Shown here: piece by piece, positions 32,001 through 41,240 of the stretch
How the letters are laid out: each line of letters opens with the position of its first letter
Position numbering within the stretch: position 1 is the stretch's first letter
From: Aplysia californica
Lineage: Eukaryota
Reading direction: 5' to 3'
DNA length: 63,852 nt
Assembly: GCF_000002075.1 (NCBI RefSeq)
Contig: NW_004797315.1
Location: forward strand, 346,733-410,584
The notes under the pieces: model-generated
What the model saw: only the letters and a program-made list of their open reading frames with translations
The model's database searches: none
What the model was told of the DNA's origin: nothing
Made by a program: the position numbers and the translations under genes

Positions 32001-34222
32001 TGATGATATAAAGGGTTTGATGGGTAGAAAGGGTTCTGCTGATATATATATATATGTATATATATGTCATGACATGATGGAATCAGGTGCTCGTCAAATT
32101 TTGGGTTTGTGGAGTTATTGGTATCATAAAGTTTGTTCAGTTGTCTTGCTATCAGTGAGAAAAAAGTCCCATCTATCTTGAATAGAAGTCAAAATATTTT
32201 AGATTAAAAAAGGTGGGGTCGCCTGGTTTCAAAGATAGAATTAGCGATAAAATACCCTCCAAAGTTTGATTATTTCCATAGCTTGATAGTCCGTTGAAAC
32301 TGAAAACTGACTTTTTTGTGCCTTAAATGAAGAATGTTTTTCTGTAAAATCCACCTAGAAATGTGTTCTTAATTGGACAAAAATTGTGTTATAATGCCAA
32401 AGAAAAAAAATTCGATGAAAAATGCCAGTTTCTTCAATTTCATTATTTTGACGAGCGCCTGATTTCACCACGCTGCTTCACATATAGGGCTGTGTTGGTG
32501 CATATAGTGTTCTGATACCGTACTATATATATGAAGTGTTACGGAGACTTTGGTTGTGCTAACCATGAAGTCAATGAGCAGAGCTATCAGTGCTTTATCC
32601 GAGGGTGGAAGTACCCACCTGCTTTAGTTTTAGTGAGAATTTTACGGCACTTGCAACACAATAAGGTCATATAAGTGCCGAAGATTAGAGGTGTTACAAG
32701 AGAGTAACAAACACAAAAAAGAAGGAGGAGAGATAAGGACGATAGATCTTTGATAGGAAAAAAGGAGCAGACCACACCAGAGCACCCGCCAACCAACCAC
32801 TCCCACCTGTTAGTGAGAGTTTACAGTGGTCCAATATGCAATAATGTTCCCACCATGACAGCGATTCCTGCTGTGCTGTGGAAAAAGTGTTTCTGATGGC
32901 TTTGTGAGTTTTGTGTATAGAACTATAATAAAGTCTTATTCTACTTGGGTGTTTTTTCCCCCAATATTTAGAATTTGAATTTTGACAAAATATTTCTTGA
33001 GCGCATCATGTAACTGATAAAAAAAATTGCAATTAAAGAAAATGTCAAAATTTTGGGCTCAATTAAAAATACGTCTGAACAGCTAGCCAGCATTATGTTT
33101 TGTCACCGAGGATTTCATCATACTGCCATCCACCATTTTCTCCCCTCATTCTGAGGATCATTTTGTAAGGCACATGGGGAAATCAGGCGCTTGTCAAAAT
33201 AATGAAATCAGAGAAATTGGCACTTTTCTGTCTGTATGGAATTTTTTCCAGATTTTTTTTTGTGGCTCAACACTTTTTACGTCCTTTTGAAAAAATATTT
33301 ATTTGTGGAAATTACTGAAAAACGTTGATTAATGCCACAAAAAATGTAAATTTTCAGTTTCCGAGGACTCTCAAGTTATGGAAGTGACTTAACTTTGGCC
33401 GCAATTTTTTCCACTAATTTATATCCTCTGAAACCAGATGTCCACCACCTCCTTCAATTACTAATATTTCTCTATTAAAGTTAGTTTGGTATTTTTTAAA
33501 CACCAAATGCAAGACAAATGAACAAGCTTTAAGATGTTACCAATAATAACTTCATATGCCCAAAAATTGATGAGCACCTGATTCCACTGCCTCACGACCC
33601 ATTTTGTTCATTTTGAGACATGACTCAACTTTTACTCCTGGTGATAACACCTAGCTATGACTACTACGGCAGGTACCAGGATCAGCTGACCAGAGAGCAA
33701 CTACATGCGAAGGCTCCACTTGCGCGACCTGAAAGCTCGATGACCTTGGCAACCTTGAACCTAGAGGCCCGGGGGCACAAACACATTTATTCCCAGCCCA
33801 TGGCTCTCGTCAAAGGCCCCACCGTCGCGCTTCCCCCGGAGGAAGAGATAGAACTACCGGCAGACTTCATCCGCAGCGGGAGGAAAGGAGAGAGGAAGTC
33901 GGCGCTCTCCAGCTTCTTCGACCGTCTCTCCAAACGTGTGCTGAAACCTCGCCACCCTGACCACAACGTGGGGAAGGGAGGAGGGGGCAACGAGCAGGGA
34001 AAACAAGCCGGAGTGAAAAAGAATAGCGAAGAAGAAAAAGGAGTGCTGAAGAGGGGCTCGTCAGGTGAGGGGGGGAAGTCCAACAAATCAAAAGGCAGTG
34101 TTAGTGACGAAAAAGAGAATGTATGTGGGACCAACGGTCCGACTGAAATAAACCCGTTTGACAGAAGCAAAAAGAATCCAATTCGTCTCTCTAATCGCTT
34201 GAAAGGAAAGATTATAAAATAA
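1857..34222 (+). CDS. INF2: Inverted formin-2 (INF2)-family formin, spliced gene span; 18 coding exons, 3981 nt, about 1326 aa; DID-linker-FH2-DAD-like-basic tail
   Basis: Exons joined by hand at GT/AG sites give one open frame. Segments align by eye with INF2: PSVQMYFALRSRLE, GLDSLLDSL...DAILQMDCLSCVRAVLNS, RFSVIVNEL, RVRNELIG, KNLKWIKL, LNLNLFL, ILRLGNFLNHG...AKGFKLSSL, LAEFFCE. Orthologue versus paralogue cannot be decided here. Confidence 0.9.
2774..2966 (+). CDS. Formin exon 2 (DID)
   Basis: TTTCAG|EFVSLDGLDSLLDSL...VRKLLK G|GTTTGT, phase 0 to 1. Confidence 0.9.
2974..3160 (+). mobile_element. ~170-190 bp short retroposon (family S1), full length
   Basis: Starts AGTGGGTGGTTGGCGG, ends in the stem-loop and A-rich tail; 11-bp TSD AAAGGTTTGTG at 2963-2973 and 3161-3171. 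Confidence 0.88.
3244..3384. mobile_element. MITE family A (~135 bp, near-palindromic)
   Basis: Degenerate copy of the element at 36807-36942. Confidence 0.7.
3635..3812 (+). mobile_element. S1 retroposon copy (GGCACTT/AAGTGCC stem variant)
   Basis: Matches the S1 consensus; flanked by TTTTTTGTGG repeats. Confidence 0.85.
4061..4176 (+). CDS. Formin exon 3 (DID)
   Basis: CCTAG|(G)MDIVNTLPRKLVLEILSAVAVYS...ETHK|GTAC. Confidence 0.9.
5205..5364 (+). CDS. Formin exon 4 (DID/FH3)
   Basis: CTCAG|RENHLYHRFSVIVNEL...RVRNELI G|GTATGT. Confidence 0.92.
5490..6235. mobile_element. Non-autonomous Tc1/mariner-pogo-type element (family B), one end missing
   Basis: TA|CAGTCAAACCTG terminus; reverse-complement homologue of 28131-28956. 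Confidence 0.8.
6435..6508 (+). CDS. Formin exon 5
   Basis: TTTCAG|(G)LGLLDVLTFLQREDSDEVLFIQLQ|GTATAT. Confidence 0.9.
6553..6941. mobile_element. MITE family C (~440 bp), runs into the gap
   Basis: GTGGTGAAATCAGGC...TCAAAATAATGAAATC start and AAAATTGACGAGTG end, as in the other copies. Confidence 0.75.
6942..7082. other. Assembly gap
   Basis: Run of N. Confidence 1.
7315..8000 (+). mobile_element. Retroposon cluster: 5'-truncated tRNA-SINE body (7315-7460), family S2 copy (~7467-7820) and S1 copy (7822-8000)
   Basis: Similar to 9905-10120, 17436-17829 and the S1 consensus respectively. Confidence 0.8.
8025..8126 (+). CDS. Formin exon 6
   Basis: TTTCAG|VFQEKKHEDE...DLSSPQDLTDAIQAK|GTAC. 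Confidence 0.9.
8161..8285. repeat. 20-bp minisatellite x6 with alternating C/G (40-bp higher-order period)
   Basis: TGTGTTAGCTGTGTC(C/G)TGCT units. Confidence 0.95.
8345..8592. mobile_element. Head-to-head pair of partial S1 copies (- then +)
   Basis: 8345-8432 is the reverse complement of the S1 body; 8431-8592 is forward. Confidence 0.75.
9604..9686 (+). CDS. Formin exon 7
   Basis: GCTAG|VFGGSKMVCFVNILQDLLALETLEKEK AG|GTGAGG. Confidence 0.88.
9905..10125 (+). mobile_element. tRNA-derived SINE with CORE/V-like and Meta-like segments
   Basis: A box TGGCCTTGTGG, B box GGTTCGAGCC, then GTTGTGTCCTTGGAAAAGGCATTTTAC and CCTTTCGGAAATGGACG...TTAAAC. Confidence 0.75.
10306..10367 (+). mobile_element. 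Tail-only (5'-truncated) retroposon insertion
   Basis: Stem-loop plus A tail between 10-bp TSDs AGAGTTCTGA (10296-10305, 10368-10377). Confidence 0.85.
10539..11416 (+). CDS. Formin exon 8 (end of FH3, long S/D/N/K-rich linker, start of FH2)
   Basis: TTCACAG|(R)DKIWQLLERHV...PAGLVKNLKWIKLDESAI G|GTGAGT; lies within ORF 10402-11535. Confidence 0.9.
11476..12008. mobile_element. MITE family A interrupted by a tail-to-tail S1 pair (11526-11700 +, 11715-11884 -)
   Basis: CGCGACCTCAGTGCTTTCTTG ... CAAGAAAGCACTGAGGTC termini. Confidence 0.8.
14183..14301 (+). CDS. Formin exon 9 (FH2 lasso)
   Basis: CTCTCAG|(E)KFPHCVWTNI...PDFAQVEETF...NSE|GTACGT. Confidence 0.9.
14381..14553 (+). mobile_element. 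S1 retroposon copy
   Basis: Matches the consensus; TSD-like ACTTGTACT on both flanks. Confidence 0.8.
14940..15112 (+). mobile_element. S1 retroposon copy
   Basis: Matches the consensus. Confidence 0.85.
15218..15382 (+). CDS. Formin exon 10 (FH2 knob)
   Basis: GGCAG|MPLLSRSSRLNLNLFL...LPEDEE|GTTGGT. Confidence 0.9.
15733..16150. mobile_element. MITE family C copy
   Basis: Same termini and body as 35306-35747. Confidence 0.7.
17436..17829 (-). mobile_element. ~395 bp short retroposon (family S2), full length, nested in Sola1
   Basis: 11-bp TSD TCTCAGACTAT (17425-17435, 17830-17840); ends in the shared stem-loop and ACTAAA tail. Confidence 0.88.
18840..19800 (+). pseudogene. Frameshifted Sola1 DDD transposase remnant
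   Basis: Across frames: LSLFLSKIDIMCDLC, VLSMDLQ, YKTKLAVHNFT, HEAEGGLMANELASCLLDFL, IDNCGYQYRN, EQKHFIK*HTQMEINSVNSTI. Confidence 0.8.
20596..20770 (+). mobile_element. S1 retroposon copy ending 30 nt before exon 11
   Basis: Matches the consensus. Confidence 0.85.
20801..21058 (+). CDS. Formin exon 11 (FH2)
   Basis: TCTCAG|IQHLKQF...LGQAEQF...ILRLGNFLNH|GTAAG. Confidence 0.93.
21084..21329. mobile_element. MITE family D (~245 bp), AATT TSD
   Basis: GGTTGCTTTTA...TAAAAGCGACC termini; other copies at 44692-44936 and 60394-60644. Confidence 0.8.
21468..22147 (+). mobile_element. Three S1 copies with a local duplication of about 100 bp of flank
   Basis: Copies start at about 21468, 21710 and 21976; spacer TTTCATGTCC.GACTGATCTTGTGCTAT... 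repeated at 21613 and 21888. Confidence 0.8.
22214..22392 (+). CDS. Formin exon 12 (FH2 post)
   Basis: CTCAG|GQFNGYAKGFKLSSLVRLADVK...LDKAI AG|GTAG. Confidence 0.93.
23035..23155 (+). CDS. Formin exon 13 (FH2)
   Basis: TTCCAG|(S)CSPCDIKSDFDKI...FHGFLE|GTAAAT. Confidence 0.85.
23231..23610 (+). mobile_element. S2 retroposon copy (internal deletion)
   Basis: Homologous to the reverse complement of 17436-17829. Confidence 0.8.
25381..25760 (-). mobile_element. RTE-clade LINE 3' fragment
   Basis: NKCIRKLLRIRWTDRVTNEEVL...DWNPQDKRLRGKPCGTWKR is a typical RTE C-terminus; (TAA)n tail. Confidence 0.8.
25986..26147 (+). CDS. Formin exon 14 (end of FH2)
   Basis: TTACAG|DVKRDL...LAEFFCESETFELQTCLKTLHNFFKELRTCRQ|GTGAG. 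Confidence 0.92.
26280..26975. repeat. Element bounded by CTATTCCCAGTGAC direct and inverted repeats (probable non-autonomous DNA transposon)
   Basis: Motif and its reverse complement recur at 26281-26425 and 26930-26975. Confidence 0.5.
27854..27962 (+). CDS. Formin exon 15
   Basis: CTCCAG|EVHLMSKQK...LRRKSMALQFGQEA G|GTAGGT; phase-compatible with neighbours. Confidence 0.82.
28131..28956. mobile_element. Non-autonomous Tc1/mariner-pogo-type element (family B), complete
   Basis: TA|CAGTCGAACCTG ... CAGGTTTGACTG|TA; internal ACGGCCACCT repeats. Confidence 0.85.
29478..29840 (+). CDS. Formin exon 16 (DAD-like motif and low-complexity tail)
   Basis: TTCCAG|(G)ASSSILEDKRQVIETIVTELHRGNF...LVTSS G|GTCAGT. 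Confidence 0.85.
30283..30450 (+). mobile_element. S1 retroposon copy abutting the exon 17 polypyrimidine tract
   Basis: Tail CTACTAAAACTAAAAA lies directly before CTTTTTTTTTTTGCTGCAG. Confidence 0.85.
30470..30632 (+). CDS. Formin exon 17
   Basis: T-tract then TGCAG|(V)KNIADT...RHHRSRSDL...GKWI AG|GTGTGT. Confidence 0.82.
30681..31212 (+). mobile_element. tRNA-derived Meta/MESC-type SINE (family S3) inserted in MITE A (30660-31343)
   Basis: A box TGGCCTAGAGG, B box GGTTCGAATCC, GCACGTTAAAGATCCC...AAGAGTAGG core, shared 3' stem-loop, (AAAC)n tail; 12-bp TSD AGTGCTTTCTTG. Confidence 0.88.
31385..32040. repeat. ~22-bp minisatellite GTTCTGATGATGGTATAGAAAG, decaying toward the 3' end
   Basis: Many tandem units, with a GGTGGT variant block at about 31645-31735. 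Confidence 0.92.
32065..32482. mobile_element. MITE family C copy (opposite orientation)
   Basis: GGAATCAGGTGCTCGTCAA ... TTGACGAGCGCCTGATTTCACCAC. Confidence 0.75.
32622..32801 (-). mobile_element. S1 retroposon copy
   Basis: Reverse complement of the consensus; 8-bp TSD CCCACCTG (32614-32621, 32802-32809). Confidence 0.88.
33165..33597. mobile_element. MITE family C copy
   Basis: Same termini and body as the other copies. Confidence 0.7.
33673..34222 (+). CDS. Formin terminal coding exon 18
   Basis: GGCAG|(R)YQDQLTREQ...NRLKGKIIK*; an alternative in-phase acceptor at 33654 would start the exon at 33655; AATAAA overlaps the stop. Confidence 0.8.
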
Positions 34223-35305
34223 ATCTTTTTATTCTTGAGGGTTCCTTTATAATTGAATCGTCTGTTGTGAGTTTTGTTCCTTTTTCTATTCTGACTTTGC
34301 TTTTTCTACGAAAACTGTCTTTGCATTTGCCATAGTTCCTGTTTTTTGTTTTGCATGATTGTTGTAGTAGGGCTATGGCCAGAGTGTGTTTATATTTAGC
34401 ATTTTCCTAGTGGAACCAAATTCGTTTGAATTGTACATATTAAGCAATTTTTAAAACTTATAATGACATGTGGCAGCGCACAATATGATTTCGGTTGTTG
34501 ATATTCCATAATTTAAAAAATCAGCTAAAAGAAGAAAATATGGTTGTAGCGTCCTAAAATGTTTAAAAGTAAGAATAAAGATTAAATTAAATAAGTTTAT
34601 CAAACAGAAACTTGTGATTTGCTCACAAATGTTTCTCTTTAATAGAATCTGATTTAGAAATTGTAAACTTTTAGTACTTGAAGTAAGTAAACTTAAACTT
34701 AGTTTTCTCTCAATTTTTTTGGGGTCATCAGCTATGCCCCCCTGCTTCTCCCTTCTGTTTATCAATCAGGAAATGATAACTCCTGAACCATTCATAACAA
34801 TAAGACTCCATTTGTCAAGTTCATTAAAAGTAAAAGAACTAATTTGTTGTGGTAATTAGATCATGACAGTTATACTTCTTGGCTCGTGTCTCCTTTTGAT
34901 TATTATCAGACAAATTAGGGTTCTCAGAAGTAGCTAAAAAGACTCGGCTATTTTTAAAAGCAAATAACATTAAACTTTAATTCAATGAAATATTAATTAA
35001 AATTGTCTTTTTTGCTTCATGCATATTTTGTTACTTTGTATGGTTTTACTTACTTATTTTCCTTGAAAGATAATTTCACCATTTGATGCTTTTTTTATTT
35101 AAAAAAAAACTCTTTTTGTATTGTGTACTACTGTTGAATGTTGGACCCAATGCAGGGTACAGGGCATAAAGCTAAAAAAAAGACTGAAGAAATACAATAA
35201 GAGAACTCTGCGTATTTGACCAACTTAATTGTAATATTTCTCTTGTCTACATCATCTTGTTCTTGTGTCCAGGATGGAGAATGCAATACATGAAATAAAT
35301 AAATG

Positions 35306-35747
35306 TGAGGCATAGTGAAATCAGGCGCTCGTCAAAATAATGAAATCCGAAGAAAAGGATATTTTTCCACTAGTTTGGATATTTTTATCAAAATTTTGTT
35401 TTTTGGTTAAACACCTTTTATGTTCATAATATATGAAAACACATTTCCATGATAATTTTACTTTAAAAAACCTTGTATAACGGCACTAAATATGTAATTT
35501 TCAGTTTTCGGGGACTCTTATACCTATTGAAGTTACAAAACTTTGGTTGCCGTTTTCTCATTAATTTAACCACTGAAACCAGGCTACCCCACCTTCTTCA
35601 ATCGCAAATATCTCCATTTCTATTCAGGCTAGATGGATATTTTTCTCATTGAAAGCAAGGCTAATAAATAAGCTTTCAGATGATACCTATAACTCCATCC
35701 ACATGCTCAAACATTGACCAGCGCCTGATTCCACCACGTCGTGACAC
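35306..35747. mobile_element. MITE family C copy
   Basis: GTGAAATCAGGCGCTCGTCAA ... TTGACCAGCGCCTGATTCCAC imperfect TIRs. Confidence 0.78.
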
Positions 35748-36806
35748 AAATTGTTACATAACACACGGTACGTCAGTTACAGAGGTACCGGGCACGCATG
35801 TTTTATTGTGCTGTAAGATAACTTGTTTTTCCCTAGTCAAGTGACAAATTTTTACATCTGTGATTGCTTATTTATTATTTTTTTTACGGCATTTTCTTTT
35901 TTGGGTTCTTTTGTTTTTGACTTTTACACATTTTGGGGGTGATTGGTGTTTTTAAGCTGAGAGGAGCGTTTCCGTAAGCTTTCAGCATATGTATGTATAT
36001 TTGTATGGATATTGTACACATGAACATTGATGGACAGGGCATCACAAAGTCAATCAAAGCATAAGGGCTGAAAGATTTTTAAAAACTTTGCTTTCTCTTT
36101 CTTGGTTGTTTGTATTCATCACATTTATCTGTCGGAGCAGGAGCTGTGTTGACCAGGTGTGGGCAAACTACGGCACTCTTGCCGGATCTGATTCTCGAGG
36201 AGTTTCATACTTTTTTATCTCACGAAATGCCCTTGAGTGACAGAGTGACACATGCTGCAGTGTCAGTTACGTCTCACTTCTGAGAATGTGGGCATTTCAA
36301 ACAATTTCACCCAATTTTCTTCTGCTTTAGCCTGCAAGATATTCGAAATTGCTTCATCTGGCGCATAGTCTGGCTGGAGACTTTGTCATGTTTGCCCATG
36401 CCTGCTGTAGACCCAGTAGGCTACCCTACTGTCCCACTGCTGTTGTTTTTGAGTTTCTTGTAGGGAAACGTTCTCTGCCATTTTATAATATAATAATGGT
36501 CTTCGTGTTTTGATCATGACTGAAGTTGTTTCAGATTGTTGGACCAAAGTCTGTACAAGATAGTCAATAATACAGTGGAGTCTGCTCAAACCGATCACAG
36601 TTTTAAAGGATTTAATCGGAAAACAATGGTACACAAAACCCTAAGAAAATCCAGCAGTCTGTCATACTTCTCTGGAAGTGGAATCCACTGTATGCGTTGC
36701 AGTATAAACTAAACCATTGTGGCTGGATGTTGGCCTTATGATTGCTAAACTTACATAGAATATAATTATATGATGTATTTTGTAATACTGTAGATGTGAT
36801 TTTCTC

Positions 36807-36942
36807 CGCGACCTCAGTGCTTTCTTGTCGTAGCTTTATTTTTTTAAACCGTGAAAACAGTTCATAACAAAGAGTGAGTGTAAGAAGTCACATTTTCACT
36901 GTTCAAAAAATGGAGATATGACAAGAAAGCACTGAGGTCGCG
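36807..36942. mobile_element. MITE family A, intact
   Basis: TIR CGCGACCTCAGTGCTTTCTTGTC / GACAAGAAAGCACTGAGGTCGCG. Confidence 0.85.
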
Positions 36943-39900
36943 ATGTGTGTGTTTACTTGACAACTTTTTATAAACAGAACAGGACTCTCAGTTGTAGTAA
37001 CGGAAAAGGTTTAGTGGTTACTATTTGCTTGCTTCTCTAATCAGAATTTAAATGCAATGTATTATTATGAGCACAGACTTTATTGAAACCCAGATTTAAT
37101 GTGTGCATTTTGTAGATTTAGAGCGCTGTGTGTTCTTTCTGTAGATTTAGAGCGTGTTGTGTGTATTTTGTAGATTAGGAGCATGTTGTGTAAATTTTCA
37201 GTTTGGTCTGCCGACTTCTGAGAAAAGTTTTTGGCGATGCTGTGGGTGAGGACTTACTTGTACGGTACATTGTACCAGTGCTTTTGCTGGAGGTTTATTT
37301 TGTATGTCACTATCAACTGCCAGCTGTTCAGATGTATTAAGACCAAAATTTGAAAACATAGGCTAACTTTTTTATTTGCAGTTTCTTTATCTGCAGTATT
37401 ACTCGCATGGCATATTTTGCCAGAGAACTAATTCAAATTGTAAATGAAATGTAAAAAAAAAAAAAGGAAAGATACGTAAAGGAAAGAACAAACCAGCCTT
37501 TTCTCTATACTCTCTCCTGAAAAGTTCAACTCTCTGGGCTTTAAACAGCTGAACAACTTGCAGATGATACGGAACTGGTGCTTACTTCAAAGTCTTTGTG
37601 ATGTCACGGTGCTTTTTACCTCATGCCTGTTCTCGGATCTGTGCCTTTTGCTGGGAACAACACCTTTCTTTTTTGCTGTGTATTTTTTTCCTTGTAACTT
37701 AAATTGTAGATAGCTCTGGAGATGTTTGTGGAGTAGTTTTGTTTTCTGTAGTAACTTTGTGGAATGTTAATGTTCCCTGCCTTTGACTGATGGTCAGTCT
37801 CTGTCTGTACATAATGTATACTAAACTTGTCCCAGCCGTGTGTGTGGCTGTTGTTATGATGACACAATCCATGACTTCTTCCGTAACCTGTAAGTGAGAG
37901 TGAGAGATGGGAGTTATGCCAGTCAGTATTTCATTCAGTCTTATAATCGTCTTCTTCTTTCTTTTATCCGCCGCTTACATCCTTTTGGGTGTCGCGGGAA
38001 GTCTTATAATAATCATACAGTTATATTATATATACATATATTGTCGGCCAGCTTTATTCAGCCCAAAGTTTTAAAGAAAAAATTTGTAGCAGTTTCTTAA
38101 TCTGGTGTCGGTTGCGTATGCCCGAGGAATATTTCTTAGAAATTCAAATTCTCAATGCAGAAAAAAGCAAGAAAAGATACATGGTAAAGAAGGTATAAAT
38201 GTTAAAAGAATTAACCTTTTTTTTCTCTCTCTCTCCTGAAAAATGCTTTCTATCTGGGATTAGGACAGTTACACAGCTTGCCGGCAATATGAAGTTTTCT
38301 CATGGCGTGTCACGTCAAAGCTTAACTTGTTCTGTGTCACGTACTGTGTCGTGACAGCTCGACCTGTCTGTTGGATCTATTTGGTAGCTACTACTAACAA
38401 CATGTATTATCTGAACAAAACAAAGTGGCTTTTCTTTTTGTATGAAGTAAATGTCTGCACTATTACGATTCACAAATGATATGTACCTATCGTGCCTTGG
38501 TAACTTATACAACATGTCTGTGTGTAACCTTCTGTTCGACAATCATCCATAATTATATCGTAATTATTGCAATGATTAAAAAATGTCTGTAATTAACGGA
38601 ATCAGGAAGATACACAAGGTTCGTGAAATATTTAGAACTTTTAGAAATGCACAGTTCGTTTTCTTAATATATATTTTGTTTAGCTTTCTTCGCCTGTCAG
38701 TTTAGAGTAAAGAAATATTGAGTTTGTCATCTGTCCTATATTGTCTTGTAATGGAGACTGACTAGATGTTTCAAGAGAGATATTGAATTTTTCACTTGAG
38801 AAACTTTGTGAAAAGGGGGGGGGGGGGTGTCCCCTGTTGCCTCTGATGAGAGCATTGGTTGTAACCTTATCTTTGATATCTAGTTAGTACAAAAAGGGAA
38901 CACTCAGGTCCGCCCACCCCCCCTCCATTGTAAGATCCCAAACCCAGCAGGTTAAACACAGGTTGATTCTGACTATGTATCAGCTCCATGAAACTGTGCT
39001 TTGATCCAGACCAGCAGAAAGCTATTTGGACTTTCATCTCACACAGGCTGTGTTTTTGGAAGCATTCAAAGCCGCATTAAGAGATGCCTTTCTTAGCGTT
39101 TCATTAATGAATGTTGATGAAATCCAAAGAAAGGTAGGCAGTCATATTGATAAGATTCACATGACATATTTATTTGACTGCAAAAATGTTATATGTGCCT
39201 GATTTTGAAGCGACTTTGATGTCCGAAATCATTATTCACTACCTATTTTTACCATGTTGTGATTGTTTGTCCTATGACGAATATTTTCAGTGGCCACACA
39301 CACAAATCCATCAACATCTGACTGAATTATAGCCATTTTAAGGTAACTCCTTCAAATGGGTTTGGGGGGGGGGGGGGGGGGAATCCTTTGGGTACTGAAA
39401 GGGTTAAGTGTTATGATCCTCTTTGCCAGGTAGTTATGGAGTATATTTTCCCTTTCTGACTCTGTCTAGTGTTCTGTTGTGATGGGGGTCAAAGTATCCC
39501 AGCGCTTCGATTTCTTTGAAATAAACTAAACTGCATCATGTCTAGCAACACTAGGCCGAAGGGCTAGAACCCAGATGGCCGCTGGATTGGAAAAGTAAAG
39601 TCTAGCAAAAAGACATTTATTCTTTTAATGTAAGGAACAACAGTAATTAAACATGCTATAAATGCATCGTTGACGGAAGCTCAAAAAATTTGTGATGGCA
39701 GAAGAAATCCTTACTTAGACTGAGACTTATGACAATCTGTTACAATCAGAGGGGAGAAATCACCTGGCTGAGGTTGTACGTTGAACTGGCCAGTATGCAT
39801 GGAAATTAAAATGAAACATGTAGGTTCTTATTGTGGTAGCTGTCAATTTTTTAACTTGTTATTGTCATTTAGAGCCACCAAGGAGTGACCTCTTATTGAA

Positions 39901-40714
39901 GACATCTTTATTATTGTTGTTATCATTATTATGGCAATTTATGAAAACTGCTAAAATTAACACATCCAGAAAATCTATGGTGACCATTGATAGACAGTAC
40001 AAAATCTAGACATTATTTGTGTATTCAGAATGTAAATTCCATGTTGATAAAAACGTAATGATGGCTTCAAACTTAACAGTACGGCAGAGCATGCAAACAT
40101 TACAAAGTGATAAGCCAACACGTTATGTATTATTCATGTCCGGACCTTTGGCCAGTGAACACTCTTGTCATACACTATGCAGAACCAAGATCGCAACAGA
40201 ATCTGCTGCTTTAAAGTATCTCAATAAATTTTTAAAAAGGAAATATACGTGTGTAATTTTGAGCATAATGTGTATTGCTCAAGTTCAGGTCTTTTGCTCC
40301 TCAAGCATAATGAACAGTGGCACATACATTACATGTATAATCTTGGATTTCATTTTCACAGTTACAAGTTACAGTGAAGTCTACTTTAAACCGAACATGG
40401 TTAATCAGAAAACTGGTGGTAAACTGAAAGAAACAAAATCTTCAATTTTTTTTCTTCCCTTATTCTATTTGAGCAATCTCGCTAATCCAAAAACACGGTT
40501 ACACTGAGGACAATCCTGTGGAACCACAGATGTGGTCAAATTTAACAGTACAGACTTCACTGTAAATGCATCTCAGAATCTCATTTCACCATTTTCCTCC
40601 TACATATAATAGTTATGAGTACAACATTCCAAGGAGTTATAAAAATCTACCTGTTATTATATTGTTGAAAAATTACACCCTTCCTGTCAGTATTTTGCTC
40701 ATTTCAAGTGTGTT

Positions 40715-41240
40715 CCTTTTTTTATATATCAAGTCTGTTCCTTAAGATTACTGAAATATAGCAATATATTATCATTAACTAGGTCAGTAACGGTATGTTT
40801 ATTCTTCATTTATTTGCATCAGGCCTGTTCCATAATATTGATAAAATATTAGTGATATCAAGACCATACACGGTATAAACAAGTTTATTGTCCAATTATT
40901 TGCATCAGGCCTGTTCCATAAATCAAATTATTGAAATATATAGCAATATCAACAAGATCTTCACTGTATAAACATGATACCGTAATTGTTCAGATATTTG
41001 TATCAGGCCTATTTCCATTTATAAGATAATTGAAATATGTAGTGATATGAACATGATTTATACAGTATAAACTTATAAGTTATTTATTGTTCGGTCATAC
41101 TATCAGGTCTGCTCCATAAAATTAATGAAATATAGAGTGATATCAATAAGATCTATACGATATAAACATGTTTATTTGTATCCCGCCTGTTCTATAAAAT
41201 TAAAGAAACATATAGCGATATCAACAAGGTCTATCCAATA
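40715..41240. repeat. Degenerate ~90-bp tandem repeat, about 6 units
   Basis: Recurrent ATCAGGCCTGTTCCATAA...TGAAATATATAG.GATATCAACAAGATCT. Confidence 0.75.

Noticed and set aside
31385-32040. Tandem CTGATGA-N7-GAAA resembles a hammerhead ribozyme core or snoRNA C/D boxes
   Set aside because: The 22-nt unit leaves no room for stem I or a proper stem III; it behaves as an ordinary minisatellite.
40019-40507. 162-aa ORF in the intergenic region
   Set aside because: Non-ATG start, AT-rich, no motifs or splice support.
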